This document shows, piece after piece, positions 20,861 through 30,843 of a stretch of 64,000 nt of DNA. Made by a program: the position numbers and the translations under genes. The notes beneath the pieces were generated by a model. The model searched no databases, was not told where the DNA came from, and saw nothing but the letters and a program-made list of their open reading frames with translations. Source of the DNA: Nitrospirota bacterium (lineage in GTDB: Bacteria; Nitrospirota; UBA9217); assembly GCA_963749655.1 (NCBI GenBank), contig CAVVOB010000032.1, forward strand, positions 64,603 through 128,602, read 5' to 3'. Every line of letters starts with the position of its first letter. Positions within the stretch are counted from its first letter, which is position 1.

Positions 20861-21964
20861 TCAGCGATAATCTTTTTGAACAGCCTGGGATGCTGACAGA
20901 CCGGAACGCCCGAGCATCTGAATGAGCTCATCCGGATTTGACGACCTTCCGATACAATCTTCGTAGGAGATCAACTTTTTAACAAACAGATCGTAGAGAC
21001 CCTGATTCAATGTTTGCATACCGAATTTGGATTGACCCGTCTGCATTTGAGAGTATATCTGATGGACTTTGTCTTCCCGGATCAGATTGCGTATGGCGGC
21101 ATTCGGGATCATGACCTCGAGCGCGAGAAGCCTGCCGCCCCCAACTTTCGGGATAAGCTGTTGTGATATAACGCCTTCAAGAACGAAGGATAGCTGAGCC
21201 CGCACCTGTGACTGTTGGTGGGGAGGGAAAACATCAATGATACGATTTATCGTCTGAGCGGCGGAATTCGTATGGAGTGTGGCAAAAGTAAGGTGGCCGG
21301 TTTCTGCAATGGTCAAGGCCGCTTCGATCGTTTCCAGATCTCGCATTTCTCCTACGAGAACCACATCAGGATCCTGTCTCAGAATATATTTCAAGGCATC
21401 TTTGAAAGATTTCGTATCGGCGTTCACTTCGCGCTGGTTCACCAGACATTTTTTGTGTGGATGAAGATACTCGATAGGATCTTCAATCGTGATGATATGT
21501 TCCTGCCGTTCGTTGTTGATTTTGTCGATCATGGAGGCGAGCGTTGTTGATTTGCCGCTGCCGGTCGGGCCTGTTACCAGGACCATGCCTCTCGGTTTCT
21601 TACACAGGTCGGAGACCACCTCTGGGAGGCCGAGTTCCTGGAAGGTCTTGATCTTGAAGGGGATGGTTCTGATTGCGGCAGCAACGGCGCCGCGCTGAAC
21701 AAAAATGTTCGCGCGGAAACGGGAAAGGTTTTTTACGCCGAAAGACAGGTCGAGTTCGCTGTTTTCCTCGAATTTGTGCTTTTGCGCATCCGTCAGAATG
21801 CTGTAGCAAAGATCCTTTGTCTGGGTTCCGCTCAGGGCATCGAGGCCGGGGATAGGCTTCATCTTCCCATCAATGCGGATGGAGGGAGGAATTCCCGTCG
21901 TAATGTGCAGGTCGGATGCGCCCTTTTCAATCATGTACTTCAGCAGATCATGCAGGTTTGCCAT
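20861..21964 (-). CDS. pilT: Twitching motility ATPase
   Basis: GASDLH, GPTGSGKST, TIEDPIE, AETGH, AIRNLIRE, GMQT. Confidence 0.96.
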   Translation of the reverse strand: MANLHDLLKYMIEKGASDLHITTGIPPSIRIDGKMKPIPGLDALSGTQTKDLCYSILTDAQKHKFEENSELDLSFGVKNLSRFRANIFVQRGAVAAAIRTIPFKIKTFQELGLPEVVSDLCKKPRGMVLVTGPTGSGKSTTLASMIDKINNERQEHIITIEDPIEYLHPHKKCLVNQREVNADTKSFKDALKYILRQDPDVVLVGEMRDLETIEAALTIAETGHLTFATLHTNSAAQTINRIIDVFPPHQQSQVRAQLSFVLEGVISQQLIPKVGGGRLLALEVMIPNAAIRNLIREDKVHQIYSQMQTGQSKFGMQTLNQGLYDLFVKKLISYEDCIGRSSNPDELIQMLGRSGLSASQAVQKDYR

Positions 21965-22013
21965 TCAAGGCCCCTTTTCAGATATTTTTTACTTACCACC
22001 CTCGAACACCGAG

Positions 22014-23864
22014 TTAGTCAGGGAACGTGTTCTCAAGGACCTCTTCAAGGGAGGTCAGACCAGCTTTTACCTTCAGCAATCCGCTCCTCCGAAGAGTCTT
22101 CATCCCCGAAGTTATGGCCTGTTTTTTAATGTCCAGAACGGACGCGCCCTGAAGGATCAACTCCTTGATTTCATCTTTGATCGGCATCACTTCATAGAGA
22201 GCGACCCGCCCTTTATAGCCGGTTTTATTGCATACTTCGCATCCCTCACCTTTGAAGCTGACCACGTTTTTCGCATCTTCAGGAGAAAATCCGGCCTGAA
22301 CAAACACTTCAACGGGCAGCTTCTCGGGCTTCTTGCAATTCTGACATGATTTACGCACAAGCCTCTGAGCGAGAATGAGAATGACCGACGAAGATACGAG
22401 AAAGGGTTCAACGCCCATGTTCAGCAGACGGTTGATGGTGCTCGGTGCGTCGTTCGTGTGAAGAGTGGAGAGGACAAGATGGCCGGTCAAGGCGGCTTTT
22501 ACGCCGATCTCAGCTGTTTCGTAATCACGAATCTCGCCGACCATGATGATGTCGGGGTCCTGACGGAGAAAGGAACGCAGGGCGGCGGCGAAGTTGAGCC
22601 CGATTTCATCCTTCATCTGGACCTGGTTGATGCCCATGAGGTTGAACTCGACAGGATCTTCTGCGGTCATCAGGTTTTCCGATTCTTTGTTCAACTCGCT
22701 CAGCGCGGAATACAGTGTCGTGGTTTTCCCGCTGCCCGTCGGTCCCGTGACCAGAACCATGCCGAAAGGCCGGTCAAGGGCTTGTTTAAAATCCACGAGC
22801 TGATCTTCGTCGAAACCCAGTTTGGTCATGTCGAGTTGAAGATTCGACTTGTCGAGCAGCCGCAGAACGATTTTTTCACCAAAGAGGGTCGGCAACACCG
22901 ATACCCGGTAATCCATGGTCTTGGTTTTGCCCATTTTGAGCTTGATTCTGCCGTCCTGGGGAAGACGTCGCTCTGCAATATCGAGATTGGACATGATCTT
23001 GACGCGGGAAATAATTGCGTTCTTGATCTTAAGAGGCAGGCCCATTACCGTGGTAAGGACTCCGTCGAGCCGGTACCGAACGCGAAATTTTTTCTCATAG
23101 GGCTCGATGTGAATATCGCTCACACCCATTTTGGCTGCCCGCAACAGTACACCGTTTACGAGCTTGACGATGGGGGCTTCAACCTCCGCGGACAATTGTT
23201 CTTGCCCGCCCTCTTCAACAACTTCTAGATCGTCGACAGCCCCGTGAACAAGATCGTCGAAATCCTCAACGTCAACGACTCCGCCGACATCGATATCGTC
23301 GATCACGGAGTCCTCACTGGCCATATCGTCGAGCGAGTAGTCCTTAGCCTCGATGGTCAGTTTTTTATCTTCTTTCGTCGTCATGGCGGTCGACCCGCCT
23401 GCGCCGCCGGCTTTCGCCGTGACAAGCGATTTGGCTCCGCCGTAATATTTCTTAATTGCCTCGACGATGGCGCCCTCGGTTGCTACGACGGCTTCGACAT
23501 TATAGCCGGTCATGAATTTGATATCGTCGATGGCGAAGATATTCGAGGGGTCCACCATGGCGATGGTGATGGTGGCACCGGCCCTGTTGATCGGCATGAT
23601 CCGGTATTTCTGGGCGACTTCGGCGGGGATGTGCTTGATTACTGCGGGGTTTATCTCGAACTTGCTCAGATCAACATAGGGAACGCCGTACTGCTTACTC
23701 AGGAAGGTCATCAGCTTGTCTTCCTGGACAAAACCCAGCTTGACAAGTATGGATCCCAGCCTTCCTCCTTCCGTTTTTTGTACGGTAAGAGCTTTCTTGA
23801 GCTGGTCATCCGAAATCAGGCCCGACGACACGAGCATCGAGCCGAGCCTTCCTGACATTGCCAT
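22014..23864 (-). CDS. pilB: Type IV pilus assembly ATPase with N-terminal MshEN-like motif
   Basis: RLGSMLV..GLI..QL..AL..Q...RLG; SDIHIEP; DIAERRLPQDG; GPTGSGKT; CxxC zinc motifs. Confidence 0.96.
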   Translation of the reverse strand: MAMSGRLGSMLVSSGLISDDQLKKALTVQKTEGGRLGSILVKLGFVQEDKLMTFLSKQYGVPYVDLSKFEINPAVIKHIPAEVAQKYRIMPINRAGATITIAMVDPSNIFAIDDIKFMTGYNVEAVVATEGAIVEAIKKYYGGAKSLVTAKAGGAGGSTAMTTKEDKKLTIEAKDYSLDDMASEDSVIDDIDVGGVVDVEDFDDLVHGAVDDLEVVEEGGQEQLSAEVEAPIVKLVNGVLLRAAKMGVSDIHIEPYEKKFRVRYRLDGVLTTVMGLPLKIKNAIISRVKIMSNLDIAERRLPQDGRIKLKMGKTKTMDYRVSVLPTLFGEKIVLRLLDKSNLQLDMTKLGFDEDQLVDFKQALDRPFGMVLVTGPTGSGKTTTLYSALSELNKESENLMTAEDPVEFNLMGINQVQMKDEIGLNFAAALRSFLRQDPDIIMVGEIRDYETAEIGVKAALTGHLVLSTLHTNDAPSTINRLLNMGVEPFLVSSSVILILAQRLVRKSCQNCKKPEKLPVEVFVQAGFSPEDAKNVVSFKGEGCEVCNKTGYKGRVALYEVMPIKDEIKELILQGASVLDIKKQAITSGMKTLRRSGLLKVKAGLTSLEEVLENTFPD

Positions 23865-23898
23865 AGGAACTCCTTAAAATAAAAAAGAAATCAGTACA

Positions 23899-23927
23899 AT
23901 ATTACTTTAATACTGTCGGGATGTCAA
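23899..23927 (-). promoter_or_regulatory. Sigma70 promoter for the pilB operon
   Basis: TTGACA-N17-TAATAT. Confidence 0.7.
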
Positions 23928-23963
23928 GATGTCACTGCCTATTTGTCCACTGCCCGTTTTCCT

Positions 23964-24821
23964 TCAATGCCCTCGGCCACGGATCTGCCGGGCCAGGGCA
24001 TTCTTCATGGTCGAAACCGGCGCTTGAGCGCCCGTCCAGATTTCGAAGGCAATGACGCCTTGATACAGGAGCATCCCGATTCCCGGGAGACCTCTGGCCC
24101 CCCGCAGCTTCGCCGTTTTCAGCAATGCCGTTTCAATGGGATTGTACACGAGATCGAAAACCAGGTGCCGCCGGGTGATCCACTCTTTCTTGATGGGAAG
24201 AGGGTCCTTTTTTTTCAGGCCGAGAGGTGTAGCGTTGATCAGACAGTCAGCAGCCTCCGCAGCAGTTGCCAGCGAGTCAAGGGAAAGCACTTGCGCATCG
24301 GCCCCGGTTTTTTCCCTGATATCCCTGGCCAGAGCGGATGCCTTTGAAGCATCAACATCATAAAAAAATACGTTTCTCGCTCTGCCGAGGGCGAGACTGA
24401 AGCCGACGGCCCTTGCCGCTCCCCCTGATCCGATGAGAAGAAACGATTTGCCTTTCGGATGAAAACCGGCATTGTCCTTCAAGGAACGAATAAAACCCCT
24501 TCCGTCCGTATTGTGCCCGATGAGCCTCTCTTTTTTAATCTGGATGGTATTGACCGCTCCGATGAGACGCGCTTCCTCGGAAAGCTCGTCCAAATAGGGA
24601 ATGACCTTTTCCTTATGCGGTACTGTGATATTCAAACCGCAAAGGCCGAGGGGAATTACCGCGTTCATGGCCTGCTCCAGGCCGGAGGGACTTACTTCGA
24701 ATGCGACATAGCAGGCGTCCAAATGCAGTTTATGAAAGGCAGCATTATGCATGCCCGGAGAAAAGGTATGTTCAACAGGGTGGCCGAAGATGCCGTACAA
24801 CCGGGTATGACCGGAAATCAT
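23964..24821 (-). CDS. aroE: Shikimate dehydrogenase
   Basis: GHPVEHTFSP, NITVPHK, GAVNT, NTDG, GSGGAARA, NATPLG. Confidence 0.96.
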   Translation of the reverse strand: MISGHTRLYGIFGHPVEHTFSPGMHNAAFHKLHLDACYVAFEVSPSGLEQAMNAVIPLGLCGLNITVPHKEKVIPYLDELSEEARLIGAVNTIQIKKERLIGHNTDGRGFIRSLKDNAGFHPKGKSFLLIGSGGAARAVGFSLALGRARNVFFYDVDASKASALARDIREKTGADAQVLSLDSLATAAEAADCLINATPLGLKKKDPLPIKKEWITRRHLVFDLVYNPIETALLKTAKLRGARGLPGIGMLLYQGVIAFEIWTGAQAPVSTMKNALARQIRGRGH

Positions 24822-26110
24822 GCTTTGTTCCTCCGTATCGCATGAAAATTTTCAACAACATCTTTCAATGATCGAACGGGTACTATCCGGGAGCCGACTC
24901 GATCGGACAACTGTTCCACGCTCATGCCGTCGAGGAACAGCCCATCATCCGAAACAGCATCAGCTGGTATGAAAACGAAATCTCGACGGGCCTTGTTTTC
25001 GAGAGAGGACAGGATATCGCTCCCGGTCAAAAGACCTGCAACGGTAACCGACGGACCGAAAAAATTATTCCGGACCGCAACGAGGTTCATGGAGAGCCCC
25101 CGAGTCAGCCGGAGCCGTTCCAGGAACATACGCAGGAGCGGACCGAAGGACGCCCCTGTTACGAGCGTTGCCGTGGCCGGATCGATTCGGTTCGGGAAGC
25201 GCATACGGGCGGCTGAGTCCAGGAAATCAGAGACCATCCCTACGCCGTTCTCTATCTGTGGAAAATCTTCGTAGAACGAACAGGAGGGCACCGGCAATCT
25301 CGCTTTGATGTAAAATTCGTCGGAGGCGAATACCAATCGCGTTCCCTGCTTTCGTTTGAAACGGTCACCGAATCTTGTGGTAAAATCGATCACGCTGCGC
25401 GCTTCAGTACGGGTAAATGTCCTGAGCGGAAAGAGTCCTTTCCTGAAGGCGGTCATGCCGACGGGAACGACCGCAACAGATGCAACAGCCGGGTAAAGAC
25501 CGGAAAGATCATCGAGCGTTTTTGCAAGATGAGCACCGTCGTTGATCCCGGGGCACAGGACGATCTGCGTATGCATCAGGATGCCGCCGCTGGCCAGCCG
25601 TTTCAAGCTATCCATGATATCAGGTGCTTTCCTGTTACCGAGAATAAACGACCGGAGGACAGGGTCGGTAGTGTGCACTGAAACATAGAGCGGCGACAGG
25701 CGCTGTTCAAAAATTCGCAGCCAGTCCTGCTCTGTCAGGGATCCGAGGGTAATGTAGTTCCCGTACAGGAAGGAAGCCCGGAAATCGTCATCTTTTACCG
25801 AAAGGCTTCTCCTGCAACCGGAAGGCATCTGGTCAACGAAGCAAAAAATGCATTTGTTTCTGCATCGTCTGACGCGCAGGGGGGATAGTGATAGACCCAG
25901 CCTGTCATCGGGTTCCTTATCTATGGTGTATGTTCTGGTCTTGTCGTCGGGGGTGAGTATCTCGAGGGTCACCTGTTCCTCGGCGATATGGAATGCAAAA
26001 TCGATTACATCATTGACTTCCTGGCCATTGACGGAGACAAGCCGGTCGCCGTTTCTGAGTCCCAGTCTCGCAGCGGTCCCTTCCGGCTCGATGTTGATGA
26101 TCTCGAGCAA
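24818..26110 (-). CDS. PDZ + radical SAM + DUF512 protein
   Basis: N-terminal PDZ; CRNKCIFCFVDQMP; KDDDFR; QIENGVG; VAGLLTG. Confidence 0.9.
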   Translation of the reverse strand: MLEIINIEPEGTAARLGLRNGDRLVSVNGQEVNDVIDFAFHIAEEQVTLEILTPDDKTRTYTIDKEPDDRLGLSLSPLRVRRCRNKCIFCFVDQMPSGCRRSLSVKDDDFRASFLYGNYITLGSLTEQDWLRIFEQRLSPLYVSVHTTDPVLRSFILGNRKAPDIMDSLKRLASGGILMHTQIVLCPGINDGAHLAKTLDDLSGLYPAVASVAVVPVGMTAFRKGLFPLRTFTRTEARSVIDFTTRFGDRFKRKQGTRLVFASDEFYIKARLPVPSCSFYEDFPQIENGVGMVSDFLDSAARMRFPNRIDPATATLVTGASFGPLLRMFLERLRLTRGLSMNLVAVRNNFFGPSVTVAGLLTGSDILSSLENKARRDFVFIPADAVSDDGLFLDGMSVEQLSDRVGSRIVPVRSLKDVVENFHAIRRNKA

Positions 26111-26545
26111 TCAGGTGCTCCTTTTGGATGCGAACATGAAATCGACATAGCCGGCGATCTGCGTCCTGGCTTCGTCCGAGACTTGTCTGAACTTTCTGAG
26201 AATCATGATCTCATCGACGCTCAGGATCTTCTCGAGGTAATTGATCTGTTCTTCGGAAAGAGGAAATTTGCGTTTTCCTCTCCGAAATTTTGCCTGCGAA
26301 GGAGAAAGGAAAAAACCTTTGACCTCGGCGGGAACCTTTTCCTGGTGTGCAGCCAGGATGAGGACCGATTTATCAAGGTGCAGCTTGTTTGCGATCATTA
26401 TCAGCGTCTTATCCTTCGGAATGTGCCCCTTGTTTATCGTAACCCGCAACAGTTCGGGGCTGATGCCGAGGACTTTCGAGGCGTCTTTCAGGTTTTTAAA
26501 ACCCTTTTTTTCAAGAGCCTGCCTGATCATGTCAGAAATCTTCAT
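26111..26545 (-). CDS. Putative XRE-type HTH protein
   Basis: N-terminal LKDASKVLGISPELLR HTH-like segment; C-terminal ILRKFRQVSDEAR typical of XRE repressors; GGGAGG RBS. Confidence 0.6.
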   Translation of the reverse strand: MKISDMIRQALEKKGFKNLKDASKVLGISPELLRVTINKGHIPKDKTLIMIANKLHLDKSVLILAAHQEKVPAEVKGFFLSPSQAKFRRGKRKFPLSEEQINYLEKILSVDEIMILRKFRQVSDEARTQIAGYVDFMFASKRST

Positions 26546-26580
26546 TCTGTCCTCCCAAGATGATTCAGATTCATGATATA

Positions 26581-27111
26581 CTATCCGACGATCTTCGTAC
26601 CGCGCGCTACGTACTGGATGCCTGATGTCAGGGTAAATCCGGCAGTAACCCAGGACAACAGGGACATGGCTTCAGGAGCATTTCCGTAGATGACGAATAT
26701 CAAGGTGAGCGTAACAACGGCTAGTTGCAGCAGTGTCGTGGTTTTCCCGATGATCGACGGCCTTGCCATGAAGTGATGGCCCGTGAAATAGATCGCAATA
26801 CTGCCGAGCACGAGAATAATGTCCCTGCTCACTACGATAATGACAAGCCAGACGGGAAGCATATCAAGCAGTACCAGCGTAACAAATGCCGAGATGATTA
26901 AAAGCTTGTCCGCCATGGGGTCGAGGAACGCGCCGAGTTCGGTTTGAGATTTGGTGAGGCGGGCGATCAGCCCGTCGAGAGCATCAGTCACACAGGCAAC
27001 GATGAAAACGATCAGGGCCTCCTGGTAGTAGCCGTATATCATCAGGTTGATGAAAAAAGGGATCAGGACAATTCTCAACAACGTAATATAGTTGGGAAGG
27101 TTCATCATCAC
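26581..27111 (-). CDS. pgsA: CDP-alcohol phosphatidyltransferase (PgsA-like)
   Basis: NLPNYITLLR, TDALDGLIAR, GAFLDPMADK. Confidence 0.88.
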   Translation of the reverse strand: MMMNLPNYITLLRIVLIPFFINLMIYGYYQEALIVFIVACVTDALDGLIARLTKSQTELGAFLDPMADKLLIISAFVTLVLLDMLPVWLVIIVVSRDIILVLGSIAIYFTGHHFMARPSIIGKTTTLLQLAVVTLTLIFVIYGNAPEAMSLLSWVTAGFTLTSGIQYVARGTKIVG

Positions 27112-27241
27112 CCCGGTTACGACAAGTTGGCCATAATATTAAACAGATTAATTTGTGATGTCAACCTTTTTCTTTTTGTTACCATTTGTTTTTGTTATAT
27201 GGTGAGGAAGCACTGTAGAAGGGTAAAAACGGGGAGCAATC

Positions 27242-27316
27242 TGGAGCCGGCGGTCAGGATTGAACTGACGACCTGCTGATTACGAATCAGCTGCTCTACC
27301 ACTGAGCTACGCCGGC
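27242..27316 (-). tRNA. tRNA-Thr (CGT)
   Basis: GCCGGCGTAGCTCAGTGGTAGAGCAGCTGATTCGTAATCAGCAGGTCGTCAGTTCAATCCTGACCGCCGGCTCCA; cloverleaf with encoded CCA. Confidence 0.97.
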
Positions 27317-27594
27317 GAGGAATGACCGTGGCAAGTGTGCGTAAGACTGTTGTTTATACAACATTCCCTCTTCGGCTGTCAAGAAAATCTTTTCGTGAAA
27401 GGCGTGGCGGGAGGCAATATTTGCGCCCGTGAATCAGGAGATTGCCGGAGGGATGCCGGGTGCGCGGCACTCCAGTTTCCCAGTCTGATGCCCTGTTGAG
27501 AAAATCATCTTGATTAAACGTTTTGGCGGGTCTTTGTGCTTTCATACTGCAGTGAAAGATACCACACTTCAGGGAATCATCCTTACCTTAAGGA

Positions 27595-29688
27595 TTAATG
27601 ATGGCATCCCGCGACTGTCGAACAATTCGCGTCTCTTGTTGTGTAATTTCTCGTAGTCGGCAAATTAAGAGGCGATGTAATTTTCCCCTGGTTGGCCGTC
27701 GCTTCGTAGGGGAAACCATCAAATTGAACTACGAGCATGGCGCGATTCTTGTAGCCATGGGGTACTCGCGAATGGCAATTGACACAGCGATAAGCAAACG
27801 TGGAAAAACCGCTGCTCGCTGCAAGCGTTTTATGCCGCGTATGCAGATTCGTACCGGTGCCGCCACCGGTGGAAAAACCAGTTCCGCCGGGATTAAAGGT
27901 ATCTGTGCCGGTCAAATAGGTGCCGGAATCATGACAATTAAAGCAAAGGTCGCTTGAGGACTGATTTTGCGCCGTGCTGTTCGACGTCGGGTATAGGTCG
28001 GCAAAAGGCGCAGCAAGGATGAACGGATTCGACGACCCGTGGGTACCTTGAGGAGAACCGCCGCCGTTTCTCGTATGACAGTCAGAACAATACATCGTCT
28101 GATTATTTTTAGCAGTCCATAATCCGACGTACGTTCCTTGAGTATTTTTGTTGTTTGCTGCTACAACCGGATGATATGACGCATTGTTGTTATTGAACTC
28201 CTGGGCCTGATCCGTCATAGCAACATTGCCCAGGGACGTGGAATTCGGCGTTGCTCCCCCATTCCAAGCGTAAGCCGAATGACATTTAAGACATATTTTG
28301 TATTCCATATCAACACCATTACTGATGGTGTCGGTTACACCCCGGCCCTTTACGTATTGATAATTAGTCGTAGGATTCGGCGGTGAAGTCCAGCCGCCGG
28401 CGGGAAAGGTGACATTAACGCCCCCTGTTCCCCATAACGGGCTGGTGGAGTCCAGCGGTGAAGCCGGAGGTACTACCGGCGATGAATGCCTGGTTTTCCC
28501 CGCTGAATGGGGATTGTGGCAGTCTTCGCATTCCACATGCCAGACAGTGCTGGTGTTAAACCAACCCAACTGGCCTTCTGTCGCCTTGTGACGAGGCGCT
28601 GTATTGGAATCCTTGATTTGATGAATGCCGATACCTGACGAGTTCACATCGGATTCGATATTCTTCCACCCGCCGGTGCCGTGGCATGCCGTTGCAGCAT
28701 TCGGCGTGCCCCATCGGTCACTGGGATTGTTCAGAAAGCAGCTGTTCTCCTCTTTGAAGGACAGCAGATACCGGCCATACGCAGCATCTGGCGTCGTGCT
28801 GCCCGGATTCAGACCGGCTTTATGCGGAAAGTGACAGGCCATGCATTTCACATCGCCGACCCTGCCTGTGGGGCTTCCGCTCAAGTATCCTCCTATGCCG
28901 TCAGGGGGAGTATAGGTTGCATTGATCGTGTTGTCGTCGTGAGCGCTTCCGGCAAAGCCCGCTTTGTCGTGACAACTTGTGCAGATACTGGAGTTATGAT
29001 TCGGATCTACCAGAAAATTTCCATATTCGTTGTCGTGAGGATCATGACACGAAGTGCATTCCACATACCCCCCGTTGTTCTTCGTTTCAATGACATTGTT
29101 GCTTGCATCGGTAGTATAGAGCCTGACCCTTGTCAATGAGGATACGGGAGACTTGAGTTCCCCGTCCTTGCCGTTGTCATGCTGAACCGCCACGGGATGG
29201 TCGTCACTGAGGTCGAGGCCGATATAACCGGCGTCCTGCTGCTGAATCTTCGTATTCGGCGTCATGGCAACCTCGGTACCGCCGCTGTCATAGGGCATGT
29301 TCACCAGTTTGCCGAGCGCCACCGTTCCGTCATGACAGGTGAGACAGACCCTGGTTTTTTTTATGTGAATTGCCGAAGCGCTTCCGGTAGACGGATTCTC
29401 CGCTGTAATACTCATGAGCGACATGACATCGCTCGCGTAAGGGACATAACCGGATTGGGTGGTTGAACGGTTCCAAAGAGGAGCTTCCGTATTGCCGCCA
29501 TGGGGTGTATGGCAAAAAACGCATATTTCAGTCGTGCCGCCCAAAGCGGGAGACTGCGCTTTGTACGTTCCCGGACCGGATGCCGACAGATTATGTTTGG
29601 AATCCTTCACGAGGGTCGGCGCAGCCCCAGCGGTCGGTGCTGTAAATAGTACGGTCGAAAGTGCGATGATCAGTACACAGCGCTTCAT
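27595..29688 (-). CDS. Exported multiheme c-type cytochrome with OmcE-like N-terminal domain
   Basis: Signal peptide; 10 CxxCH plus CX17CH and CX5CH; KHNLS..ICVFCHTPH..PLWNR..CLTCHDG..DLSDDHPV..ECTSCHDPH. Confidence 0.93.
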   Translation of the reverse strand: MKRCVLIIALSTVLFTAPTAGAAPTLVKDSKHNLSASGPGTYKAQSPALGGTTEICVFCHTPHGGNTEAPLWNRSTTQSGYVPYASDVMSLMSITAENPSTGSASAIHIKKTRVCLTCHDGTVALGKLVNMPYDSGGTEVAMTPNTKIQQQDAGYIGLDLSDDHPVAVQHDNGKDGELKSPVSSLTRVRLYTTDASNNVIETKNNGGYVECTSCHDPHDNEYGNFLVDPNHNSSICTSCHDKAGFAGSAHDDNTINATYTPPDGIGGYLSGSPTGRVGDVKCMACHFPHKAGLNPGSTTPDAAYGRYLLSFKEENSCFLNNPSDRWGTPNAATACHGTGGWKNIESDVNSSGIGIHQIKDSNTAPRHKATEGQLGWFNTSTVWHVECEDCHNPHSAGKTRHSSPVVPPASPLDSTSPLWGTGGVNVTFPAGGWTSPPNPTTNYQYVKGRGVTDTISNGVDMEYKICLKCHSAYAWNGGATPNSTSLGNVAMTDQAQEFNNNNASYHPVVAANNKNTQGTYVGLWTAKNNQTMYCSDCHTRNGGGSPQGTHGSSNPFILAAPFADLYPTSNSTAQNQSSSDLCFNCHDSGTYLTGTDTFNPGGTGFSTGGGTGTNLHTRHKTLAASSGFSTFAYRCVNCHSRVPHGYKNRAMLVVQFDGFPYEATANQGKITSPLNLPTTRNYTTRDANCSTVAGCHH

Positions 29689-29769
29689 GATTCACCTCAT
29701 CGGAATAACGGTTCGAAGTCACACCTCGCATGAACACGAACACGGAAAAAGTAAAACTCACTACGCCTT

Positions 29770-30804
29770 TTATTTCAGATACTGGAACATCTGCACGCGG
29801 TAATTATAACTGTCCGCCACGAACAACCGGTCCTTGCTGTCGATGAACAGGCCCGCCGGAATATCGAACTCACCGGGGCCGATCCCCTTCCTTCCGAAGA
29901 TCAGGAGCAGTTTCCCGCTGCGGTCGAACACCTGGATACTGTTGCGCAGGCCGTCTGACACCCAGATATGGCCTTCACTGTCGACGGCAATCCCTTTCGG
30001 CTTCATGAAACTACCGATTGCGGTGCCCATGCTGCCGAATTTACCGATGAATCGGCCATCCTTGTCGAATATCTGAATTCGGAAGTTAAGCGTATCCATT
30101 ACGTAGACATTTCCCTGTCCGTCTATTGCCAGATGGGTGGGATAATTAAACTCGCCGTCGCCTTCGCCCCGTTTGCCGAAGCTACGTATTTTTTTTCCGG
30201 CGAGGTCGAAGACATAAACCCGGTGGCCTACGGTATCCGTAACGTAGAGGAGCTTTTCACGCTTATTAATGGCAACGCCGGTCGGTCTCATCAGGTCGTC
30301 GTCACCGATGACCCGTTTGTTCTTGCTGCCGTCGAATACAAAGATCCTCCTGAGGACGGAGTCCGATACGTATAGCAACCCATCGGCATCAAGAGTGGCT
30401 CCGATGGGGGAAGCGAGATTGCCGAGCTTTGTTCTGCCGTACTGGTCGTATTTCTTTTTTTCGAAATTAAAATAGTGAATCCGGCCAGCACCCCAATCCG
30501 CAACATAGACGATTCCTTCGCCGTCCGATACGACGCCGTGCGGAGAAATGATGCGATCCACCGTATCCTCGCCTGCAATGAATTCCCAAAGACGCGCAAA
30601 AAAACCTTTTGTGGCGCCGAGGTCCTGAGGGGTAATGAACGTACGCAGGAATTTCACACGGGGTTTTTCTGGAGGCAGCGGCCAAACCCACGGCGCCGCA
30701 TCCGTTCCGCGTACGGGATTATCCACAGCCGTGGCAAAGGATGTAGAGAAAACGATTGTAATGACGAGCAAGCAGGCGGTTATGCAGAGGGAACGTGTTT
30801 TCAT
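29770..30804 (-). CDS. Exported NHL-repeat 6-bladed beta-propeller
   Basis: VWPLPPEKPRVKF then repeated P.G.A.D..G..YV.D..N.RIQ.F blades. Confidence 0.93.
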   Translation of the reverse strand: MKTRSLCITACLLVITIVFSTSFATAVDNPVRGTDAAPWVWPLPPEKPRVKFLRTFITPQDLGATKGFFARLWEFIAGEDTVDRIISPHGVVSDGEGIVYVADWGAGRIHYFNFEKKKYDQYGRTKLGNLASPIGATLDADGLLYVSDSVLRRIFVFDGSKNKRVIGDDDLMRPTGVAINKREKLLYVTDTVGHRVYVFDLAGKKIRSFGKRGEGDGEFNYPTHLAIDGQGNVYVMDTLNFRIQIFDKDGRFIGKFGSMGTAIGSFMKPKGIAVDSEGHIWVSDGLRNSIQVFDRSGKLLLIFGRKGIGPGEFDIPAGLFIDSKDRLFVADSYNYRVQMFQYLK

Positions 30805-30843
30805 AACAAAGGTACTCTGTTATAGCATTCCCTTTTCCGCAAG

